A DNA stretch of 33,286 nt from Perkinsus chesapeaki ATCC PRA-425 (taxonomy: Eukaryota > Protista > Perkinsozoa): positions 1-33,286 of the forward strand of contig JAAPAO010000397.1 of NCBI GenBank assembly GCA_013115145.1, written 5' to 3'. Positions 12,017 through 21,802 of this stretch are shown here, piece after piece. Below the pieces are notes generated by a model, which saw only the letters and a list, made by a program, of their open reading frames with translations, was not told where the DNA came from and searched no databases. Positions within the stretch are counted from its first letter, which is position 1. Each line of letters opens with the position of its first letter. A program made the translations under genes and the position numbers.

Positions 12017-12800
12017 TCAGCTCTTCTGAGACTGCTGCTTGCCGGGCACTGGGATCCTAAACACAGCACAAGGAGCAGTAGCAGCATGGACACAAGTAGA
12101 ACGAAGCGCTTATAGGCCCGCACAGACTCCCTTTGAAATTTGTAAACCCAAATTTCTAGTCGGCGCGAGCCTGCATATTTTTTACAGCCACTAAAATGCA
12201 CGTGGTCTCCACGCGTGCACAATCAGCGGAGCAAAGATACTCGCCTACTCGGTTCGGGCTGGAGAGGAGCTCCCGGATGATGACGCTTCTGCAGCGGGGG
12301 AGCCGTCTTGCCGGTCGTCTGAAGACTCTTCTAGCTCTTCGTCCTCCTCACCAACGAACGCCTGGCTGGTTTCTAATAATACCTTGACGAAAACTATATC
12401 GCTGGAAACCGCTAGATCGAAAGAGGCCTTACATGACCCTGATACCGGGCGCTCCAGTTCCGCGAAGTGTCGAGAGCAACATCCGATGGATAAAGCGATC
12501 GCTTCGCATTCGCCAAGGCTAATCGAATGTCAGCCTGCGTCGGCAGGATTCGGCTACTACTGCCTAAAGGGCATAATACAAAGCCGTGGACTTCGACGTG
12601 CTTACCAAGTGAAGTAACGTGTGAAGGTAGTTGATGGTGCTGTTGGCTGTCCAGTGACACCGACCGGGCCACTCTTGGGCTTCCATCGCCCGAGGTTGAT
12701 GCATCGTCATCTCGAGGAGCATCTGAGGCACGAAAACGAGTACTCCATCTGGCAGCAACCGACCAGTGAATCCGGGGGACACTCGGTTACACAACGATGC
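12017..12800 (-). CDS. Hypothetical low-complexity acidic/Ser-rich protein, spliced (5' end unresolved)
   Basis: Exon chain DAPRDDDASTSGDGSP...TSLG|SSSRILPTQADIRLALANAKRS...GH|VLLETSQAFVGEEDEELEESSDD...RTE|IPVPGKQQSQKS* with GT-AG boundaries. Confidence 0.5.
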
Positions 12801-13456
12801 TCTTTCCTCTGTACTACTAGCACTGGCAACATTCTGATAATCTACTTGGTAGTAACATTTATAAAGTGATAATTTTGTAACATTTGTTTATACTGAGAAC
12901 TTCATATTCCACTTTCACCGATAATGTATTTGCATTCAAATCCCCGTCATATTGCAGGAATGCGTCTTCGCCTGCATCGAGTATCCTCGCATCGTGTATG
13001 TGTGGCGAGCCGCTATTAACATCAGCTCACCCTTCCTGCTCATAAATGTAATCTAACCGACTTGTGGTTTGCATTGCATACTCAGACCGAATGTGGGGCG
13101 AGATTGGTAATTACAAATCCTGGATTTTCAAAGTTTTCAAACTTCGCGACGTGGGACACGCCGAACAAGCAGGCCTTGAAAGTCCGCTGCGATCGCCTTG
13201 TTCGATTGAGCGGCATCCATGAGGGTAACCCTATAACTTAGAAAATAGTGATATTTCCTAATATACAGTTGTACGTAATGTATATTAAAAAATATTATAT
13301 TGATTTATAATATTATATATATAAAGATTATTGTATTGGAGAAGGGCTAATGATATAGAAGAGGTTATATCGATATTTCCTACTATAGTTCTCAGAAACA
13401 TTTAGAAGATACCAAAGCACGCCTTGACACTATCCAGAATATTCGACATCCATATC

Positions 13457-15046
13457 TTATGCATATAAGTATTCACGAGCCGCAAGATTTACTATATATG
13501 AGGTTCGTGATTTCACCAGTTGCTGCATTTGGGGAGAGTTCTCACTTTCGACCTGACCGAGCTCGATGTCATCTTCCTTCGCCGGAGCAGCAGCAGCTTC
13601 CACCCATTCGAATTCGAACTCTCGCCACGTAAATGCTGATGTCAATAACACAGCAAAAACCGCCATTTCGATGCAAACGACGAACGCGCTCCATTTGATG
13701 CCGACCACTTGAGAGTCCTTGGAGAAGATGAGATCAAAAATATACTGCTGCCAGAAGGTCACGAATATGACCAATTTCACCGAGACGAATTTCGCCAATG
13801 GCCGCTTGTCTTTCAAGCTCGGATGGCGCCGAGAAGATACGTACAGAAGACCCAGGGCATACAAAGCTACCTGACTCAACCAGGAATCGAACCAGGGACC
13901 TTTCGATCCCGAGTGCTTACTGAGTAAGACAAATTGTAGGCGACCTCCCGAATGATAACCCATACAAGATTCTCGCTCTGTCCAAAAATATGCATCACCT
14001 GAGCGAGGCGCCACTACCAGGTTCGATCCCCGGTGACGGAGCTTTTACTATCTCAGTGACCGTCATGACAGGCTTCAGCACCACGAATTGAAGGACGCAT
14101 CTTTTCATCCCTCTAAGGAACTCGGATGTGAGGGCGATATTACGGAAGCATTTGTTCAACGGCCACGGTTGTTGTATCCCATCCGGTGCTGTGTACTGGG
14201 TACCTGAAGAGCCATTTCGCGGCGCGCGGTAATCACTTGATAGTATCACGAAAGCCGCATGAGGTGTATCGAGAGTCTTGCGGTTGGCGCTTTTAATTCC
14301 GAATCCACATATAAGAGTCACAACGGTTCAGAGTCCGCGTAACGGTCATAGCCCAGATCAGCGCCCAGCCGTCTTCATCGCCCCTAGTGGCTGGGGGAAT
14401 AAAAGTATCGCGTCCCAAACTTCGGAAGGCATAAAACAGAAGCAACAGAACTTTCTGAATATAACCGTACCCTCCCGGAACCAGGTTTGACGTCCGAGAG
14501 TCAATTCAGACAGAATCTACCATTGTAAATGCTCTTTCATCCAAAACAGTCACCAAGAACGCGCACTGCTCGTCGAGCAATCACGTCCTTGTCCGTCAAT
14601 TGACAGTTACTTTGCCTTACTTTGGATCCAATTGTGTTCTCCACCGACATAAGTAAGAATAAGACAGAAGAAGGAGTACACAACAACGGCTTCCCAGATC
14701 TCCGGCACGGATTCCAGCAGAACCCCGAGATCTACATTGGTCAAGCAAACCGCTAGGAAGGCACCGGTGGCGTATAGTGGTGCTACCAAGACCTATAAAA
14801 GGCAATAAAGGGCGAAGTTAAGGGAAATCTTACAATACGAATAATGTGCATTTGCAGATCTTCCCGAGAGTAATTCAAAAGGTGTTGAAAGCAGTTATAA
14901 ATGGTAACAATCCAGGCAACGATCATGAGGCCGAGCGACAGCAACACAGCTGGATAGCTCATAATGAATGCCGACCCGCTCGACAGGGGGTTCTCAGTCG
15001 GCAGTATGGGCGCTGCTGGAGACTCCGAAGTCAGGGCACCATCCAT
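13457..15046 (-). CDS. TMEM184: TMEM184 / organic solute transporter OSTalpha family membrane protein
   Basis: QHLLNYSREDLQMHIIRI|VLVAPLYA...SFFCLILTYVGGE...LRGMKRCVLQFVVLKP...AYNLSYS|VALYALGLLY...PLAKFVSVKLVIFVTFWQQ...VCIEMAVFA. Introns include 14204-14620, 13999-14048 and 13871-13920. Confidence 0.9.
13871..13920 (-). pseudogene. 50-nt intron containing a tRNA 3' half (Phe-like), sense to the host gene
   Basis: GATCGA AAGGTC CCTGG TTCGATT CCTGG TTGAGTC A followed by G. Closely resembles the eukaryotic tRNA-Phe 3' half GATCTAAAGGTCCCTGGTTCGATCCCGGG (recalled, not searched). Confidence 0.75.
13999..14048 (+). pseudogene. 50-nt intron containing a tRNA T-arm, acceptor strand and oligo-T (Asp/Glu-like), antisense to the host gene
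   Basis: CCAGG TTCGATC CCCGG TGACGGA G CTTTT: T-stem 4/5 paired, then acceptor strand, discriminator and TTTT. Confidence 0.7.
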
Positions 15047-15172
15047 CGAACGATATACAAATTACTGTGGAATTAGAGTGAGGATAGAGCAACTCGATAA
15101 ATTACTGGGGCAATGAGGAGGAGTGTAATTATACATCAAAAACAGAGGCATAGTATACATGCTTCAAAGTCA

Positions 15173-15445
15173 TCACTGTTGCTTGCAATCTTCATCTCCA
15201 CCAGTTATCGCCTCGAAAGTCTCTCCAGAGATCTCATCGTCGAAGCCAGTCAGCAGCTGACAATATACCGTACAAACTTACGGAGTCCAATAAAGCTCAC
15301 CTTCTTCATTTCGGCTCTTTCCTCGAATGCTGCTTGGAAGCTGCAAGACATGTTCAACAGAGATACAATGTAAACTTACTTCTCTCGACAGGCGGAGTCC
15401 TGCCGACTATGTGATACCGGCGCAGAGTGATGCCTGACAGGGGTC
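15173..15445 (-). CDS. Small hypothetical protein, spliced (5' end unresolved)
   Basis: DSACREN|FQAAFEERAEMKK|LLTGFDDEISGETFEAITGGDEDCKQQ* with gtaagt/gtgagc donors. Confidence 0.45.
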
Positions 15446-15830
15446 CCAGACTATACAGATAAATAGTTGGGAGAGGAACAAGGATATCAGCTCAGCCCTA
15501 CGCAATAAAATAAAATAATTCGCATCCAAAATACGGTATAAAAATACGGTACTTTTTTTTCATAAATATTGTGAGAATTAAAGTGATAGTTCTACTTCAT
15601 TGCCTCGCGCTGTATGTGTGGCTATTCGTGGAGGGAACAAGTCGTCATCTTACGAGGCGAAGCAGAAGTCCTCAAAGTGTGATGACAAACTCTAAATCAT
15701 TTGACGCCTGATAATCGGCAGTGTATCATAGACCTCACCATGAGCATGATATAATATTGTGCAACATAATCTACTGTGAAGTCGAATGCGCAAGGAGCTT
15801 GAGTGGGCAAGCCTCGAACGATAAGCAAGG

Positions 15831-16007
15831 AGGGCGAAGCATTCGGTGATCATCGACAAGAGACTTTACGCCGATATCCATCACGAGGAGGGTTACACTG
15901 AGGTCTTACCCAAAGTCATAGTGACCATCCTCAAGGGTGCTCCCACGGGACTCGTGCTCCGAGCCCTACAGCAACATATATTATCGGAAGCTAACAGATC
16001 TGTATAG
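15831..16007 (+). CDS. Possible terminal exon of a plus-strand gene
   Basis: Protein-like frame RAKHSVIIDKRLYADIHHEEGYTEVLPKVIVTILKGAPTGLVLRALQQHILSEANRSV*. Upstream exons not resolved. Confidence 0.3.
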   Translation, partial: RAKHSVIIDKRLYADIHHEEGYTEVLPKVIVTILKGAPTGLVLRALQQHILSEANRSV

Positions 16008-16159
16008 ATCGTCAAATAGAGATAACACTCCTAAGAGCTGCAAAATGAGTCAAAGTCGTAAGCAAGAAAAAAGAACACGTCTGAGTAGTGTGAAAACACA
16101 TCTTAAAAATGCACGACAAACTGAAGTTGGAAAATCGCAAAAAAAGTCCACGTGAGAAT

Positions 16160-17280
16160 TCAAGTGCATAAGACCATTTCAAACCACTCGAACTAAATCC
16201 GGCAAAGTCTCTGGTTGTTGCTTACCTGATGATTAATCTCACTATAGGCTCCTCTAAGGTACTCATGTCGCCTAATGTTCCTCAGCTCAGCGTCCTTCAA
16301 CATGTACCGTGCTGTTCCCCAGTCCCACTTGAATCTCTCAATATACTCATGATAATGCGGCTCCTCCTTACAAGCTCTTATAGGCACTCTTACAAAAGGA
16401 TCTTCACTCTTAGGACCTTCACCACCAAGCCTGAACCATCGTCGCGCGCCACGAAATTCACAGGCGCTCTCACGTCCACAGACGGTCGGGGTCGCCTTGC
16501 TCGCTTGGATTCCGATCGCTGTACGGCATACCGAGCCCCGGAGGACCCATCAGGTGATCCCTCCGAGGGGCCTCTCCAGAGTCTTGCTTGAATACGGACT
16601 CCTGAAATACCAGGACCGAGAATTGAACCCACAACCTCTCGATGTAAAGGCTAAAAAATAAACCAACTCACCTGCACAACCTCCTTCAAAACCGCTTCTA
16701 CCTGAGACTCCACGGCGAAGTCTACGTTGGACTCCATGGCACTTCGGACAATTGACAATGGAATCGTGACCACCTTAACAACCAACTCTCGCAAAAGCCG
16801 AAGACTTCTGTCATCCGGCAATATGCCCTCAAGAAAATTTTATGAGTAACATGTCTGATTTGCCAGTTGCCCACTCTTTAAACTGCTACGCAATCCAATT
16901 AGCAAAGTAACTGCTCTGTTCTTCTACTTCACGACATAAAGTGCCAGCGATGAACATTGCCAACGATTTTAATCGCAAAGCCATCTAGGGCCCACATGAC
17001 TGGAACACATTTCGGTAGCCTAGAATTCAGGCCACCGAAATGATTAGAACAAAGAACCTCAGTTAGTCGGACGGTTCTTCAAAGTTTAACTTCCTACTAC
17101 GTATTTGCACTATGGTATATGTTCCTCGACAAAAGGGAACTTCGACAGTTGCATTAACTCCGAAAATATCTGCTGGCTTTCTCCACTCACCACTTTAACT
17201 CGGACAATAGCCTCATCAGTGCCGCTATGTACTTCAACTTCGGGTGTACCCTCGACCACCGCTGATGCCACTGTCGACAT
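16160..17280 (-). CDS. Hypothetical protein, about 6 exons
   Basis: MSTVASAVVEGTPEVE...VKV|GILPDDRSLRLLR..AMESNVDFAVESQVEAVLKEVVQ|ESVFKQ...LWT|LGGEGPKSEDPFVRVPIRACKEEPHYHEYIERFKWDWGTARYML...NHQ|FEWF; frame-consistent GT-AG introns. Confidence 0.6.
16602..16671 (-). pseudogene. 70-nt intron containing a degenerate tRNA 3' half (Val-TAC-like), sense to the host gene
   Basis: TT TAC AT CGAGA GGTT GTGGG TTCAATT CTCGG TCCTGGT A: canonical spacing from anticodon loop to discriminator, but an imperfect T-stem. Confidence 0.5.
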
Positions 17281-17367
17281 TGCGCACCCGAAAAGATACG
17301 TTCCACGCGATACGCAACGCTCTCACGGTGTTTATGAGAAACAATCACTTCAACGTCATTCGATAAA

Positions 17368-20300
17368 TCACTTTTGCTGAGCCGCTTCAAGCCACTCAGT
17401 CACCAACTGCCGCTTCTCCTGGTCGTTCACCTCCATCCAGTCGGCCACCCTCAATCGCTCGACTTGCATACCAGCTAAACGTGCCTGAACAGAGGGATGT
17501 CATGCTCATCGATAGAACACATCTATCGAATGACATTGCTTAGTGTTGAGGCTGCATTAGACTTATTAGTATTTCTCCACTTGCGAAGATTTGGGTCCAA
17601 AACTACCATCTCTAGATGCCCGATAATTACCGAGTCTTATTAATTCACGTGCGGCGAATCTGCAAGAAATAGCGGGACGAAGCCTCGGCCTCTATGTTTT
17701 AACATACAGAATGAAAAACGGAGATTTAGGTTTATAGATTATCTTTACGTGCTAGATTTATATCATCTAGCTCCTCTAGCTCGATGCGTAATAATATTTT
17801 TGTAAATAATTATTGTTCGATAATAACCCGGACCAATAACCCGGCCGCCTTATATTGTATAACCGAGGTACTGTTATTAGTATACTAATATTTTTAAATC
17901 CTCAAAGGCCTCTAAAACGTAAAACGAAAATTGTGAGAATCTTTCCAAAGCATTAAATGCATCCATCAAGCTTCCATTTATTAAGCCAGCCCCGATTGCC
18001 AACTAAGGAAGAACACCAACGCCATGAACAACTACAAATCCTTGGCGTTAACTTCACGTAGCCGCTAGTCGCAACTTTTATATTTCTATCTTTCGTATAT
18101 AATAAAACTTTTATCAGATAAGAAAGGTAGAAATATAAAAATATTACTTTTATTATAAAAGCACTATATCACCCTATTAAACAGTATATACGCTATTAAA
18201 TACGTAATAGTTATATACGCTATATACGCTATTTATATACGCTATTAAATACGTAATAATTATATACGCTATATACGCTATTTATATACGCTATTAAATA
18301 GTATTTTACGTGTACGCTATATAATATCACCCTATAAAACCTACTTGCCAATAGAACTAAGTTTCCTCTATACATCACAGTTTCAATTTCCCCTAATATC
18401 GACCTCCCTACTATTGCCGCATCCTTCTCACCTGTCTCTGTAAGAGCTGCGCATAGGGATCCAGAGGCTCCTCGAGCCAGGCCGGGCCGCAGTCGACGTG
18501 GACAAACACGTCACCAAAACGATCCGGCAAAAGTCTATCCTTCTGATAGAACTTGCAAACCAAATCGGACTTCCAGTTCGAGGAAGCGTTGGTGTCTACG
18601 GAAGGAGGTCCCAGGTTCGATCCCGGCACCTTGCAACTTACCTATGTCCGGCAGACTGTCGAGTATATCCTCTACTTCCCCTTCAATGGATGCCATCAAC
18701 TCACCAAAGGCGCCCGTACTCTCATCTTCAACAAGCCCGAATGAGGACCTAAGCCGACGATAGCTTTCAACCCTCTTGGCGAGCCTATCTAAAGGTAAAG
18801 GCCAAACCACTACGTGCGGTGAAAAGACCGCACCGCACAATGAGCCATGCTAAAAGGGTATGAAGGACTAACATACATAGAAACGACAAAAGGCCCATGT
18901 TATCTATCGACTCCACTTCGCAAGGAAATAGTATTTCCTATAATAGGAAACACTAGGAAGAGAAAATATACAGAGTGCGCAAGACCGCGTAAGATACTCT
19001 GCTGGATAGGTGGCAATTTAAGCACTATACATCACTACTAACATACCACCGTACACGCTCATAATGCTACTCCTATCGAATCTATAAGACACTGGGGACT
19101 TACCATATATTCTGCCAGTCTTTGCTCTTCAAACCAGCCCGACCTACACATATCGGCATGGCAGGAACCTAACACCAACAATTACCACTTAGCAACAGCT
19201 GCGCAACGAACTATAAGGAAATGAGTTATCGCCTCCCGCAAGGGCTTGAAAACGAGCAAAAATATCCGACCGCTTACTTGTGACGGCACTTCTGGTTTTT
19301 CTCCGTGCTCGAGGACAAGGCTCAAACTAAGCTGCTGTAACTGACGCTCCATTTTGGGGTCGTCCAGACAGTTCCACTTGGCCGCCATTGACAGCAGACT
19401 CGCAAGTGTCTTAGGCAAACGACCCTCCGGGTCTAGTATCTGACCCCGATGAAGGCTAATCGTATTGTGAACACCAAGGATGATGCACCTGTACTCGAGA
19501 CAGTGCTATATCTACACTGTATTTCATACAGATGTATGAATTTGAAGTATGAAATAATTTATAGAGTTACTAGAGTTATGTTATATATATTGCAATATAT
19601 CAACTGTCAATTATTATTATATTTATTATTATATATTAACTGCAATTGTCAATATATTGCCTCTCCGAGGAAGGTTTCTCGGAGCTGTAATGCAATTGTT
19701 CACAAAAGTAAGCACCAATGGCTCTTAATGACTGTCATTCCATTCAATTATGAAAGTGTCTTACTTGGCCATGGCCAAGGGTCACCAGGGACCACAAAGC
19801 CGTCAAGGCATGCGCCGACTGATCCTCCTCTTCTCCCTCTCCTGGTTGCTCTTCCTTGGCAAGCAACTCATCTAGGCTCGATATGAGGTGGGCAGTCAAG
19901 GCCAGATGAGAGGAACGAGTGGTAGCTTGGATCAATAATAACTGATTAAATAAAGCCAGTATGTAATATGTTCCTCTTTATTATGCAGAACGTCCATGGA
20001 TCCTCATAGCATAATTGTCATTAAGTAATAATACTATTGAAGGAGAAGAGCACCATTTCAATAGACAAACGTGAATAAAACCATGCTTTATTGAGCAACA
20101 GAAGTAATGAGAAAGCAGTGTTCAATTCCTTTACCAACGAAGACGGTTATGCAATACCAGGAAGAGCCCTTACATTAGCGATGTTCTCCAAATCCTCCAA
20201 CGGTTTCGCACAGAAGTAGCTCATCAACCTGGAGTATCTGAACTCAATAATAAAATCCATAGGAGGTTCCCTCAAGCTTGAGCTCACCCCATGCCCCTTC

Positions 20301-21715
20301 CAGCGCCGAGATTGGCAGCGGCCAGCTCCATATGGATGAGCACTCTCAGATCTAGCTTTTCCAGAAGTTCGTCAATCCTCTCATCGATGACCTCCTGCAC
20401 AGCACTGGCCAGCTGCATGGAGGATAACGACAACTGGGAGCAGCCTAACCAGCACTTCTTGGAACGTTTGTGTGAATTCAAAGGCTCACCTATGACCAAG
20501 GCGGCAAAGCCCATTAACTTATCTCCCTCATCAGGCTTCAAGTAGGATGCTATATGAACCTGACAATAACCAACAGATGAATGCTCCCAGTCGGGCAGCG
20601 GTTAAGCATGAGAAGCGACGAACGGAAGAAGTACTCAACTCCAGACGAAGGGAGCATCTAGTCGAGAGAAATGTTAAATTGTCCGGAACTCGATGCTGTT
20701 ATTAGCATTCAAGGTGTGACTGTCACACTATACACAGTGTTAGCGATATAAGAACTACGCGAGACTAAACACCATCACATTGGTTCATTTTCCTATTCCA
20801 ATAGCTGCCAATTCTAATGGACGATCTCTCTAACACGCCTCTACTCGTGTTAATTCATACCATCGCCTCAGCCTCCAGGCATTCGCGCAACCTATTAGTC
20901 ATCACTCCAGGAGCTTCACTTGACGAAGCCAACAACAGCAACAAGCGCACAAACCTGAACAAAGCAGGCACTGTTTACAGTAGAAGATAAATATAATGCT
21001 GCCGTGGGACAGGAGTAGTGGGCAGCTTACGTAGCTCGGTGCATGGAGGGTGTTAACTGGGCATCTAGTAAAGATATCAACCGATTCTCAATGGCTGATA
21101 CGAGTTCCGCGAGCCCAAACCTGATAACACAGCCAAATATGGATCTGGATCTACCCCAAACGAGATAATTTGATTAAGTTGTTAAAACACCTCGGGCGGG
21201 GCTCGAACCCACGACCACGGGCTTAAAAGGCACGCGCTCTACCGACTGAGCTACCGAGGCTTGCGACAGCAAAGGCTGAAAAGAAGCCTACCAAGCCTGT
21301 GACACGAAAAACGTGCTAAACTTCCCCATACCTACCCACGAGTCGCTGACACAGCTTTCATCAGCGGCAAAAGTTCACCTTCCAAACTGGCACTCGGTAG
21401 ATACTCCACCAATTTATCGTGAAGCTTCACGAACTCCGGATTATACCACTCCGGAACCCTTCGCTCCGACCCTTCCAACGTGCTCACAAAATCGGCCACT
21501 GGTGACGCGGGCGTCGCCACCGACGCCGTAAATCTTCGACTAATCAGACCAGCCCGATTCGCCCCGAGAATGAGTGCGCCCAACTGACGGGAAATTGTGG
21601 GCCGAATGATCTTTGTCGGAAGTTCCATCCCTTCGAAGAGGATATAAGCACTGTCAAGTTGAATCTCGCGCGCCACAAATTGCGATAGGCTGTCCACACC
21701 AGAACCGCTAAGCAT
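17368..21715 (-). CDS. Helical protein with C-terminal RAP-like domain, multi-exon
   Basis: Spliced C-terminus VFVHVDCGPAWLEEPLDPYAQLLQRQ|ARLAGMQVERLRVADWMEVNDQEKRQLVTEWL fits the RAP pattern (vEvDGP...lk.r.l...G..v..i...eW). Upstream exons link in frame to the ORFs at 21332-21715, 20284-20541, 19744-19935, 19182-19418 and 18642-18790. Confidence 0.6.
18185..18300. repeat. 49-bp tandem repeat (about 2.4 copies) built of TATATACGC subunits, intronic
   Basis: Units start at 18185, 18234 and 18283. Confidence 0.9.
18596..18641 (+). pseudogene. 46-nt intron containing a tRNA 3' segment (Ala-like), antisense to the host gene
   Basis: GAGGTC CCAGG TTCGAT CCCGG CACCTT resembles tRNA-Ala GAGGTCCCGGGTTCGATCCCCGGCATCTCC (recalled). 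Removing the intron restores the frame ...LPDI D TNASS. Confidence 0.7.
21188..21260 (-). tRNA. tRNA-Lys(UUU), intact, inside an intron of the RAP-like gene
   Basis: GCCTCGG TA GCTC AGTCGGTA GAGC G CGTGC CTTTTAA GCCCG TGGTC GTGGG TTCGAGC CCCGC CCGAGGT G then TTTT. 73-nt cloverleaf with one anticodon-stem mismatch. Confidence 0.92.
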
Positions 21716-21802
21716 TCGAGCCCTTCAGCTCAACAGAAACCAAAGATAAGTTTTGAAATAATAATTATTAATAATGTAATATCGTGCTAGATTAAGAATT
21801 TC

